From: Octopus sinensis
Lineage: Eukaryota
NCBI RefSeq assembly: GCF_006345805.1
Contig: NC_042997.1
Location: forward strand, 80,104,001-80,168,000
Length of the DNA stretch: 64,000 nucleotides
Direction: 5' to 3'
Below the pieces are notes generated by a model, which saw nothing but the letters and a program-made list of their open reading frames with translations, did no database searches and was not told where the DNA came from. A program made the position numbers and the translations under genes. Each line of letters begins with the position of its first letter. Positions within the stretch are counted from its first letter, which is position 1. Positions 25,021-37,479 of the stretch are shown piece after piece.

Positions 25021-25469
25021 CAGGTGTAATACAATTGATTAGACTGTGTAATAAGTTACATAACTCCCAATTCATCAGACTACAAAATAAACAGTGAGCA
25101 GTGACTTGTTGGTTAATCAACAGATCATCAACAAGTTTATTTGTTTGAAACATTTTTAGTAATATCAGGTAACCCATTCATTTGTTTTTATTACATACAC
25201 ACACACAAATGCAGGTATTTATGTGTGTGGTTGTCCTCATGCTTACATTTATGTTTTTTCCACAATATTACCAGTTCCAAAAACCATGTTGTATCAAAAA
25301 GTCAAGTTAGCTACTCACTCAGTAAATATAGATTAATAAAAGTGTAATTTCTAGAATAGATTGGAGAAAATTCAGGAGCTTTTACCTCTGTTGGCAACCA
25401 AAGGTCTCTCTCTCTCTCTCTTTGTCTCTCCAAGTGAAACGAAGATTGTAAGACTATATGTGTACAAAT

Positions 25470-25830
25470 AGCAATGCTACATAGTAGTGAAATGTGGGCC
25501 CTGAATGCAGAGGACATGAAAACTAGAAAGGAATAAAGCTAGTATGCTCTGCTGGGTGTGCAATATCAGTATACCTGTGTGACAGGGTGCTAGTGTATTG
25601 AGAGAAAAGTTAGGCATATGAGGAATTAGATGTGCTGGTTTGGTCATGGGATGCATATGGATGAAGACAGTTGCATAAAAAAGTGCCAATCACTAAAAGT
25701 GGATGGAACTCATGGAAGAGGGAAACCCAGGAAAACATGGAACAAATTACTGAAGGCCAATCTCAAGACATTGAGCCTTATGAAGGAAATGACAGAGGTG
25801 CTTTGCTGTAAAGAAGACTTGTCCACCACA
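25470..25830 (+). mobile_element. RTE ORF C-terminal relic
   Basis: WFGHGMHMDEDSCIKKC..GRGKPRKTW, homologous to the C-terminus of the RTE copies. Confidence 0.75.
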
Positions 25831-27015
25831 GCAGAATTGATATTCTAAACCACTTTGGTTAATGCTTGACTGTGAGGAGGTCTGACCCATGCCCCCCAGT
25901 ACCCTCTCTGCTTTATCAACCATTTTCCTCCCACCTGTCATCCCCTAACACCCATCACTTCTTAATCACCTGAGAGCAGAATAGGAATATACTACATCCC
26001 TGTGCTTTCTTTGTTACTTCCTTCCCCACCCCAAACCACTTTCATTTCTCACTATCTTCTCCCACCTACTATCTCCTCCAATCACTGCCTTTCTGTACCT
26101 TTTCTTGCCCATGTTGTTCCTTACCATTAATACCTCACTTATCTGGTATCACCTTCAATGCCCTCACCTCTCCTATATTTCACTCCATCATTTGCCTCTC
26201 TGTATCAACCCATTTATTCTCACCACCCCCAATGTCCCGCAATGATATGTCCTGACACATCTTCACCATGATTTCTCACACTATTGCTCTCCTTATCTTA
26301 CTCTCTAATTCACCCTTCTTCCTTTTCAACTGGATTATTCACATCTCTACTTTTCAGCAACACACCTATTCCTGTCTCTTTATACTTCTAATCTCTCATC
26401 AAACTGGCACAAAGCCACCTTCATCCTCACTATAACTCCTTACTCCCAGTTGAAGTGGTTTTTGTCTTGCAAGTTACTAAATGACCCTGTCAGTGCTCGT
26501 ACCATATAAAAAGCACAGGTGCTGGTGCCACATAAAAGCACTGATATTGGTACCATATAAAAATCACTGATGCTGGTCACACATAAAAGGCACCCAGTAC
26601 ATTCTGCAAAGTGGTTGGTACAAGGAAGAACATCCTGCCATAGAAAACATGCTAAATCAGACAACAGAATCTAATGCAGCTCCCAGCCTTACTTGCTCTT
26701 ATAAAACTGTCCAACCCATGTCAGCATAGAAAGCAGATGTTAAATGGTGATGATGTTATGGATTAACTGTTAACTAACTAACAGAGGTCCAATTAGTCTG
26801 AGTTTATGTTGAAAAAAATATCTAACTTACTATCAAACTTATGTATTAACATGTGTTAATTATTTATATTGTATTAATTTATGCATTGCCTTGATTACTT
26901 ACACTATATTAATTTATGACCTACCTATAAAAATGTATTTAATATAGACTTCATAACTGTTAACTATTTATGAAATAGTGTAAAAAACAAAAATCTTATC
27001 AAGCCTTATCATTAA

Positions 27016-27220
27016 CCATTTAGCATTCAGATTATTCTGTCAAATGTATTCTTACTTATTCACATTGTTAATCAGATATTATCTTGTAGCTTCGAAATTT
27101 TGATGATGTGATTATTTATTTTTAGAATAGCATTGAAGAGTAGGTGTGAGAGACTGGATCTGACCAGTTTGAACATAAAATGAACTTGAGTGGATGTGGC
27201 TGGTTTAAATGTTAAAGATT
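27016..27220 (+). mobile_element. piggyBac-like MITE, same family as 338-556
   Basis: ttaa-ccatttagcattcagatt...ggtttaaatgttaaagat-ttaa. Confidence 0.6.
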
Positions 27221-27313
27221 TAAGACATCACTAGACTCAGAGTTTGACTGCCTCAAAAGTAAAAAAATAAATAAATAAAAGCATATAAAAAAATAAAACC
27301 CAGTATACCATAC

Positions 27314-27483
27314 CTGTGTACAGAAACCATGTTTGTTGCTAAACCGGCAAAACTAGATGCAATTGTATTGATTTCAATCTGCTTTAATTGAAGATGTTTA
27401 GCAAAATCTTTAATGACTAGACTGGAAGATCCTTTGTCACAGTGAAGCATGTAATCACTGCGAAATATTCCAAGGTTTACATG
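27314..27483 (-). CDS. GSS: GSS coding exon 4 (HVNLGIFRSDYML...LKQIEINTIASSFAGL...VH)
   Basis: 170 nt; ttttag acceptor, AG|gtatgg donor; RSDY and KQIEINT signature motifs. Confidence 0.97.
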
Positions 27484-27959
27484 CTAAAACAGGAGAAGAA
27501 AAAAGAAAGAAAAAAGAATTTTGAATAAATAAAGTAACATTGGGAAATTATTTAAATATCACCAACCACTAAATATTTAAAGAACTACAAAGGGAAAAAC
27601 TATCCTTTTTCTTTTTCTTTTTTTTTGACAAAACCCAGTAACTGAAAAAAGATGTATTCTAGTCACTCTTAGATGTCTAGTAAAGTCAGCAGTGTTCTCA
27701 AACAATTTGGGGTAATAAACTATTTAATTATGCATTTGACATACATATACAAGAAAATAATATAAATAATGTAGTTTTAAATGTCAATTATGAAATGTTT
27801 GTAATGCATTCTGGCAAATTGAAACATGATTACGGTTGTTTTTCATCATCAGAGAACACCTTCTCCCTTTAGACATGTGTTCCTAAAACACTTGCTTCAC
27901 CAGTGTAAGGGAACTGTGAGACACCATGGTGTTTTGGCCTCACTGTGTATCTTCTCAGT

Positions 27960-28640
27960 CAAAGAATCCTTGCTAGACTGATGAATCTAACAAGGGCTTG
28001 AGCTCTTGTTTATAGGAATTAGCAAATAAATTGTTCGCTATGTGTTGATGTCTGCCAAATAGATAATAATTCAAAAGTGCAAGAATGAGCAGATACATTA
28101 GCATTTGGATTCTTGCTGTTCTGTATGCATCCCATGGATTATTATCTCTTTGGCTGACATGTAGCACATATCTTCTTTGCCCCTGTAGCAATAGATTAAA
28201 ATCTACACCAGTCATTGAGTATGACCCTCCCACTTGTATTATGTAATTTACTATGAGGGTGACTAGCCCATGTCCCATTCTACCAGATATTTTAAGCATC
28301 TCATGGGTAATTCTCGATGGACTGGGTGCTTCCCCTGCTTCATTTCCTTACATGCCTAATCCACCATATTGCTGTCAACTTGAATGATTGATCTCTATGT
28401 TGGGTTCACTTTTTTCGCCTATGCATTCTCATTTGATACCTCTTCTAATAGCATTCCATTCCTCTTTCTTTTCAATATCTGTGAGAGCAAGAGTGCTGTT
28501 ATCACTCCATACACACTTCTCAACAAAATCTCAATCTTCTTTCAAACATTGCCTTGCAACCTAGAATACCACAAGCCTTTGATCCTCATGTTACAGAACA
28601 TTGGCAAACTTCTTACTCTCAGCTTCTTTTCTAATGTCTA
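27960..28640 (-). mobile_element. RTE ORF2 relic (highly degenerate)
   Basis: AEMLKISG..GLVTLIVN, homologous to the RTE linker at 17.7 and 48.1 kb. Confidence 0.65.
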
Positions 28641-28701
28641 ACTTCTCTTCTTGTAACATTATAATTATATTGTATAAATGATAAATAAAATAAATACTAA
28701 C

Positions 28702-28783
28702 CTGCTTTCTTTTATCATCTTGCTTAAGTGTAGCTTCATAAATTTCCCACATGTTTTTAGTGAAATCATCAACTTCAATAACA
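28702..28783 (-). CDS. GSS: GSS coding exon 3 (VIEVDDFTKNMWEIYEATLKQDDKRKQ)
   Basis: 82 nt; ttcag acceptor, CAG|gttagt donor; DDFT motif; phase 2 to phase 0 fits both neighbours. Confidence 0.93.
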
Positions 28784-31700
28784 CTGAATTGTAAAATAAT
28801 TATTACAGAGGTAGAATATCAAAACATACTAGTACTAATATTTTTATAGCATATTCAAAATTCTGATTTCAAGGAAGATGAACAGACCTATCTAAACTGT
28901 AACTGCTATTCCTCTATTGAATTATATATTCTCTCTGGAGGTTGTGAAACCAAAATTATTTTAGTGCAAAATTAAATATAGAGCGGAACCTTGGTTTCTG
29001 AATATAATTCATTCTTGAAGGTCGTCCATCACCTGAAATGTTCATAAACCAAAACTATTTTTCTCAATAGGAAATTCAAGGCACAGTGGATTCATGCAGG
29101 GATGTGAACTGAGTGAAAGTCAGAGAACAACTGATGTTCTTCCATTGATACTCTTAGCTTGTTGCTAACCATTGTTCCTGCTTGTGTATTCATTATTCTA
29201 GACATCATTCATAACCCATGACATTTATGTCCAAAAAAATTGTTCATAAACAGAGGAACCACTATATGTTATTGTGCATAGATAACTCATTTACTCAATG
29301 TTGAGCAATATAATTTTGGGAAATATACATTTTTATTACAAACAAAGACTAGAAATTTCTTTTCTCTTCACTTCTGAATCAAAAGTCAATGGTTGTAATA
29401 TGTCAATCATCATCATTACCATACTTTAACAGCCACTTTCCATGCTGGCATGGTTGGGATGGTCTGATCAGAACTGGCATGGTTGGGATGGTCTGATCAG
29501 AGCTGGCATGCTAGAGAGTTGCACTAGGTTCCAGTCTGATTTGGCTTGATTTCTACAGCTAGATACCCTTCCTAATGCCAACCATTTTACAGTGTGCTGG
29601 GTGCTTTTAACACGGCACCGGTATGAGTGCTTTTAATGTGGCACTGGTATAGGACTATTGTAGGCCAATCGTCTTTATCAGAAAAAGTAGCCTTAACAAT
29701 ACAAAACAGTCAATAAGTTGAACTAATGAGGGAACCTCTAAACAGTCACTCAATTTGCTAAAAATAGCAAGCAAATTTTGTGAAATTAGACCTTGCCAAA
29801 GAGAAAGGACATACTGGATATTCTATATATAAAAAGACGAGATGGTCACAACTGGAATGTCTTTCATCATAGATCTGCTCAGTCAGGACTGACTTGGGGC
29901 TATACTACATCAGTAGATAGTGAGAATACTGAGTATGCTTCCCAATGCAAACACAACTTTCACTTTAGGTCCTTCTGTGCCATTCAGTACATTGGGTGGC
30001 GTTCCATGTAATGTTGACTGTCTTTAGGTCATCTTGAAATGTCCACCACCAAGTGATTTTGGCCTACCCCTTTTATGATTGCTGACTGGTGGTACCCAAG
30101 TCATGGCGATTTTTGAGTTCTGTTGATCAACCAGATGGAGAATGTGGCTAATCAGGTGGAATGAACATTCTGCTACAATCTCTTGCAGTGGTCATGACTT
30201 CACTCTTTTCAGAATCTCCTCATTTGTGACACAGTCCCACTAGTTAACATAGACACAAATAAAGAGACAACATAAAATGTCAAAAATTGACTTTAGCCTG
30301 TCCAAAATCATAGCCTAACACAGAAAACCAGAATTACCATCATCATTATTTTATATTAATACCCAGCAGCATTAAGGGTTTTGCTGTACATTGAATCTTT
30401 GAAACTACAAAGAAATTCAGTACAATGATTGGTGAAAATACAACACTTTAATACACTCTTAAATTCCATCATTTAAAGATACATCAATGCACACAACACT
30501 TGATGGTATAGAAATATAGATTAAACAAGACGAGACACAATAACATTACAATAAAATTCGCTATAGATCTTTAAGGAGCCACATGCCAACCTAAGTGCAA
30601 TAAACTCCCCTCAGAAATCTCATTATTTTTCATAAGCCAAAATTCAACAATCCCTGGGTAAAAATCTTTCAACCACATCGTTGTCATCATCAACAAATAA
30701 AACAGAAACACTTTCATAAACATATAAAAGCTTCAGTGGAGCCAATTCTACCAAAGGACAGAATTACAGTTTGTGAAATTCAAGACTACAATCACCAACA
30801 CAAAAACTGTAATACATACATTCAATAAAATAGTTATGGGGGAGCCCCAAAATAAAAATAAACATATCCACAAGCAATACAGAAAAATACTGCCATAATT
30901 ACACAACTAAAAAAAAAACAATATGATAAAATCTAGGGATCAGAAATAAAATCAAATTATTTAACTTAGCATCAAGCAATTAAAAAATGAAAATTAAAAT
31001 ATGATTGTGGCAGTTGGGAACAGTAAATATAAATGAAGAAAATGCTTGAAATAGCAATCACAACAGTAGCAGCAGTGAGAGTAATGACTTCACTGACTTC
31101 AAAAACTTATAAAAGAAATTAGATTAGTCACACTGACTGGATACAGGATAAGTCATTTAACAACTAACCAAAACTAATCTATGATAAAGCATTATTTTGA
31201 TAAAGTTTGTGGTAACACATTCATTTTTTTAAAAGCATTATCTTAAAACAAAAGGTTCTATCTTCTATGCTCTATATCCTACTTTGATTTCATAGCTAAT
31301 TAAGCATTATATAAGTTCCATTATTAGATTCAGTGTAAAAGTTCCTCTCACACTCTCCACTTAGTAGGTTACAGTACTTCACTGTAACTCAAATAATGTT
31401 TAGCTTCAATATATGTCAGAATATTTTCTTAATAGAATTCATTATATTTACACTCCACCAACCTTTTTGTTACCATATTTCTCATTAATTTTGAATGTAA
31501 TGAAGAGTTTGTAGGGATATAGTAAATTACATATATTTTTCATTATGAAGGTTGTGTTTTAAATAGAATTTAAGAAAAGATTCTAACAAGAAATATGACA
31601 AGTTTTGTCTGAATATGAACATTTAAAACAGTTGTTTTGTATCAAATAATCAGAGATGATCTTATGTTGAATCAAATGAGTTAAATAAAAAGTAATGATT

Positions 31701-33404
31701 AAGAAATTTTAGGAATCAATTTTGAAAATAAAAAATATGCAACATATTGTTTAAAAGTTCTTTAAGGAAAAACAGAAATTACCTTGTAGAACAATTTATT
31801 TAAATGATCGTAATATTACAATATATTTACCAACAGACAATTCAGTTGCTTATATTTAACCACTACATTTGAAATTAGTCTTTTACCATCTGAAGTATGT
31901 TTAACTCATTACTTACTTAAATAACCAAAATCCTTACATGAAACACAATAGGTGAAACTTCAACTTATTAAAATAAACTGTTAATTAATTGTTATTTTAT
32001 TACTATATCAGATTTTATTAGAACCAACAACTGGAATAACATTTAAGAAAAATGGGAAAGATGGATATTCACTGGACATGTAACATAAAAACCATCTTTA
32101 TCTTAATCATGTTTATTTTCCATTTATGCTGCCTCTGCAGCAGCCGGGTGATTCATTGTGAACTTACAAACGTATTTATCTGCATACAAAAACACTTGTG
32201 CAATTAAAGAACGACGGCAACAAAAAGGTAAACTGAGTAAATTCGACTTAAAGGTAGATGCAAATAGAAACAGCTTCCATGCTCAAAATACATAATGCAT
32301 TTTCTATGATGATGAGATACAAACTCATAGCAAATCAAGCAAACAGCTGGTACCTGTGTCCAATGAGAACTGTTGTTTTACTTTCTTAATATAAAACAAG
32401 TAAAACCTTTTATAAAGAAATCCTTTCAAACAAGAAATAAAAACAAAAACTAAGACAAAGACTGATATTTATCAGTTCTTCAATCAATGTTACCCATAAT
32501 AAACTAATGTTCTAATCGGTAGAAGGATTCATTCCTTATCCACTGAAAGCAACTAAGTCCAAAAATAAGTTAATGTTTTGGCACTCTGCAATATAACTAA
32601 TGGGCAAAATCAAAATGTTTTCAATGCCAAATGAAACCAAAAAAAATCACGTGAGATAGCTAAGAGTTTACATATAAAGCAATGATGCTCAATATTAGAC
32701 AAAATTATAAAGACACATGTGTATTACAGAGATTTGTTTAAAACTACCTTTATTTTGTCAGGTGCAAAAGTATTTGCCAAGAGTGTATTACCCCATCTTC
32801 ATTTAGTTATTTTAGAAGTTTGAAGATGTCTGAAATCTAGTTATTTAATTAATTTAACTTTAATTCGATATACTTTCATATATAGAATTGAAGCTGGATT
32901 ATTTAAATTATTTTCTTTTCAAATAGATTTATATAAAATACAAAAAGTTATGAACCTTGTTCATCATCATCATCATCATTTAGCACCCATACTCCATGTT
33001 GATATGGGTTGAACAGTTTGACAGAATCCAACAGGTCAGAGGACTGTGCCAAGCTTCAATGTAAAATTTGCTATGGCTGGATGCTCTTCCTAATTCCAAC
33101 CATCTTACTGAGTGTACTGGGTACTTTTTTTGTGTCATTAGCGTGGGTGAGGTTATCAAGTAGCTTGCAAGATAAAACCCCTTGTTTGAGGAAAATGTTT
33201 TATGCGAGACATTGAAAGGTAAGAGTCTGACAGAGGAATAGGAATAGTGGTCTTGCAGTAGAGGAGATACATGGCTACACCAGATGGAAAAGGAGACAAT
33301 CTATGCTCAATAAATTATATCAAAAGGACTTATTTTAAATTAATATTGATTTTATTTGATAGGTGATAGATGAAAGAGAGAGTATAGTAATCTTTAACAA
33401 TATA

Positions 33405-33561
33405 GGCGCAGGAATGGCTGCGTAATAAGCAGCTTGCTTCCCAAGCACATAGTTCCAGGTTCAGTCCCACTGCATGGCACCTTAGGCAAGTGTCTTCTAC
33501 TATAAGCTCAGGCTGACCTTGTGAGTGAACTTAGTAAACTGAAACTGAAAGAAGCCTGTCG

Positions 33562-33575
<14 letters not shown>
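33405..33575 (+). mobile_element. SINE family A, 5' half
   Basis: ggcgcaggaatggctg..gttccaggttcagtcccactgcatggcacc. Confidence 0.8.
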
Positions 33576-33593
<18 letters not shown>

Positions 33594-33693
33594 TGTATGT
33601 ATTTAATAATCAAGGATAAAATCTTTATAAGATTTTATCAAGTAGCCAGCATGTAATGAACCATATAGATAATAATTAATACAAATATATATA

Positions 33694-33866
33694 GGCACAA
33701 GAGTGGCTGTGTGGTAAATAGCTTGCTTACCAACCACATGGTTCTGGGTTCATTCCCACTGCATGGCACCTTGGGCAAGTGTCTTCTACTATAGCTTCAG
33801 GTCGACCAAAGTCTTGTGAGTGGATTTGATAGACGGAAACTGAAAGAAGCCCATCGTATATATGTG

Positions 33867-33925
<59 letters not shown>

Positions 33926-34112
33926 TTGTGTGTCTGTGTTTGTCCTCCCAATATCGCTTAGCAGTTCGGCAAAAGAGATCGATAGAATAAGCACTAGGCT
34001 TCCAAATAATATGTACTGGGGTCGATATGCTTGACTAAAGCGGTGCTCCAGCATGGCCACAGTCAAATGACTGAAACAAGTAAAAGAGTAAAAGAGTAAG
34101 AGAGTAAAGAGT
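33694..34112 (+). mobile_element. SINE family A, full length
   Basis: tRNA-like A box (tggctgtgtggta) and B box (ggttcattccc), internal (TG)n, (gagtaaaa)n tail. Confidence 0.9.
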
Positions 34113-34234
34113 ATATCAGCATCGTTTAACATCCGTTTTCCATGCTAGCATGGGTTGAACGGTTCGACCGGGGTCTGGGAAGCCAGGAGGCTGCACCAGG
34201 CTCCAGTCTGATCTGGCAGTGTTTCTACAGCTGG

Positions 34235-34868
34235 AATTATATATATATAATTATAATAATAAGGGCATTTATGAACAGTGCCATATACTAGAAAGGGATG
34301 CCAAATAGCTCTAAGAACTACAGTTACAAGCTCTATTAGCATGGATTGAAAGCGAAGAAAGTGAATAAATAAGATTTTTTTAAAAGAGGTCTAACTATAG
34401 ATTGATTTCTGGTTTAGAGATGTAAAATCTCCATACCTTCATGAGTATAGTACGACCAGTTATACATAATTATAAACATTTATACATACCAATACGAATA
34501 TCGCATATCCATAATCATATATACAAATGTTCACATTTATATACAAGCTAATTAGATTTAGCTTGTATATAAATGTGAACATTTATATATATGATTATGG
34601 ATATGCAATATTCGTATTGGTATGTATAAATGTTTATAATTATGTATAACTGGTCGTACTATACTCATGAAGATATGGAGATTTTACATCTCTAAACCAG
34701 AAATCAATCTATAGTTAGACCTCTTTTAAAAAAATCTTATTTATTCACTTGCTTTGCTTTCAATCTGTGCTAATGGAGCAAGTAACTGTAGTTCTTAGAG
34801 CCATTTGGCGTCAATTTCTAGCATGTGGTGCTATTCATTAGTGCCCTTATTGTTATAATTATATAATT
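34235..34868. repeat. ~630-bp palindrome (fold-back element), 6-nt loop at 34552-34557
   Basis: Centre caagctaa-ttagat-ttagcttg; inner ~240 bp of each arm nearly identical, outer ~60 bp more diverged; AT-rich termini. Confidence 0.93.
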
Positions 34869-35235
34869 AGGAGTGGCTGTGTGATAAGTAGCTTGCTTAC
34901 CAACCACATGGTTTCGGGTTCAGTCCCACTGCGTGGCACCTTGGGCAAGTGCCTTCTACTATAGCCTCGGGCCGACCAAAGCCTTGTGAGTGGATTTGGT
35001 AGACGGAAACTGAAAGAAGCCCGTTGTATATATGTATATATGTGTGTGTTTGTCTTCCCAACATCGCTTGACAACTGATGCTGGTGTGTTTATGTCCCCA
35101 TAACTTAGCGGTTCGGCAAAAGAGACCAATAAATAAGTACTAGGCTCCCAAAGAATAAGTCCTGGGGTCGATTTGCTTGACTAAAGGCAGTGCTCCAGCA
35201 TGGTTGCAGTCAAATGACTGAAACAAGTAAAAGAG
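34869..35235 (+). mobile_element. SINE family A, near full length
   Basis: gagtggctgtgtg..tcgggttcagtccc..ctgaaacaagtaaaagagt; a further 3' half follows at 35255-35440. Confidence 0.88.
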
Positions 35236-35626
35236 TAATTATATATATATATTGTCCCACCACCATCACCTGACAACCAATGTTGGTGTGTTTACATACC
35301 AGTAACTTAGCAGTTTGGCAAAAGAGGCCAATAGAATAAGTACTAGGCTTACAAAGAATAAGTCCAGGGGTCAATTTATTTGAGTAAAGATGGTGCTCCA
35401 GCATGGCTGCAGTCAAATGACTGAAACAAAGAAAACAATAAAAGAACTGACACTTTTATGTAGACCATGGCAAAATACGGTGGCTGAAGATCAGTATTAA
35501 AAATTGAATTTAGTGTATTTTATGAACTGAAATTCAAGTTGCTGAAATTATCAAATATCGTTTTTCATGAGTAAAAATTTACATTTTTATAGATTAGAAT
35601 ATAAGTAGTTAAAAATGATCAAATAC

Positions 35627-35813
35627 CTTTTTAGTGAATTGCAGAGAAAATTATAATCATGTGCAACTTTGTGAATTAGTAAATTAAAATCAACTTGCAC
35701 AGAGTAGGCTTCTTCAAGCAAAGAATGCAAGGTTACAGATGGAAACAAAGCAAAAGGTGCATGATCAGAACAGGAAGATGAAGCATGAGTTCCTTTTGTT
35801 CTCATTAATATTC
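35627..35813 (-). CDS. GSS: GSS coding exon 2 (ILMRTKG...HAPFALFPS...AYSVQVDFNLL...NSLK)
   Basis: 187 nt; ttgcag acceptor, AG|gtattt donor; matches the GSS N-terminal APFTLFPS / QMDFNLL region. Confidence 0.96.
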
Positions 35814-35865
35814 CTGCAACAAAATAATAGCATTTTTTATGTAAATAATAACAAAGAGTCAGGGA

Positions 35866-35896
<31 letters not shown>

Positions 35897-37286
35897 GATA
35901 GATTCAGATAAATATGGTACTTAAGTTGAGGCACCAGAATTTAGTATGGTATTATCCATACAATTTCAAAATAAGGTGATTCAAATCAAAATAAGCAACA
36001 AGGATATCCAGAGGTAATGCAGTACGATCGTTTGCAGAGGTAATGCAGACATTCTAAATTAGAATGTCTATCTACTCCACCAACTCTACCTCAAACAGAC
36101 ACTACCCTCTGTCTTTTCTCAGCCTTTGATAAACTAGTCTATAAAATAAAAACTGACCCTACTGGTAATTAAAACTAAATAACAGAAAAATCAGTGAAAA
36201 GCAGTGTCTTCTTGAAAAAATTTTCAGTTACAATTGTGATGTTGTTAGTAAAACATGTTCTTTGTCTATCTCCTTATCCTCTTGGAGATTTTGGGTAAAA
36301 TTATACTAATGTGTCCTTCTAATTTAATTAAATTCTATGTCTTTGTACAGCTGAAGATTGCTCTACATTTTAAATTCATGTAATGAAATGATTGCATTGT
36401 TCAATTAAATGGAGTCGCATGAAACAATCATACTGCATTACCTCTGGATACTCTCATTGCTTATTTTGATATATATATATATATATATATATATAATAAA
36501 GTTTTAAATTTCAAAATTGCAAAATATATTACTGAAATATGTCCACAGGTATACTCATATGCATGAGCCCAACAAATAAGACTGAAGGGGTAGCTTGACC
36601 TGTTAAAAATAACAGCCCAAACATTCTCAAATGACACCATTCTATATTAAAAAGGGAAGGCCACATAGGGTATTTTAACAAATAACCTAAAATGGAGTTT
36701 TCAATTCAGGTTGTGTGTTGCTATTTCTGAATTTAGCTTTTTTTAAATTTTGTACTCTTTTGCTGCTGTTGTTGGCATTCTTGTTTATCCTCAAAGTATT
36801 CCTGATCAACCATACTTATGATTAAAAGGACTTACAGCCATGACCACCCCAATGACATTTTTTCTTCTTATATCTACTATATCCACTATGTTTGGCATTA
36901 TTTAAGCCAGTAGTGCTTGATTTGAGGATTCACTCAAGAAGGGTTTTACAGCAAACTTAACTAAAATGAATTGTGAAGCCACCACTATTATCACCATCAC
37001 TTCTCCTTCTCTCACTATTATATCTCTGCCTTTATGTATGTTTCTCATGCACTGTTTCTCTGTAAGTATCCTAAGAGAGAGATAGAGACTAAAGAGAGAT
37101 CGAAAGAGGAAGGAAAACAGAGCATCTGTCATCAAATATATTTTAACATATTTCTTTCCTGCCTTTCTGCCAGCACTACTCTATTTCAACTTCCTGCTTT
37201 CTGTCTCCCTTCATGTACAGGTCATTTAGCAAAAACTGAACATTCATATGTCGTCTTCAATGGGAGATTCCATCATATATATATAT

Positions 37287-37324
37287 CCTTTCTGTTGAAG
37301 AGTGTAGGCTTGAAATGTAAAAGA
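37287..37324 (+). ncRNA. Minimal hammerhead-ribozyme-like motif, CpG-decayed copy
   Basis: ccttt-CTGTTGA-a-gagt(gtag)gctt-GAAA-tGTA-aaaga; same short repeat family as 46593. Confidence 0.4.
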
Positions 37325-37479
37325 CTTTTCCGTTCTTCCCAAGCGTTAAACTAATACACCTGCTTGTTATTATTACACTTGTCTTTGTCTTTTGCATTTT
37401 GTAAATTTGAACTATATATTACATATGCTCACATGGTCACCACCATTTGATCCTGTCTGACTGAACTTCCATGTATTTA

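Noticed and set aside
32100-32400. Higher-complexity intronic patch as a possible exon or enhancer
   Set aside because: No convincing splice pair or reading frame, and GSS needs no extra exon here; cannot be supported without alignments.
33694-33790. tRNA-like sequences at SINE heads (also 40288 and 55482)
   Set aside because: They have A/B-box similarity only, continue into SINE bodies and tails, and show no complete cloverleaf; not tRNA genes.
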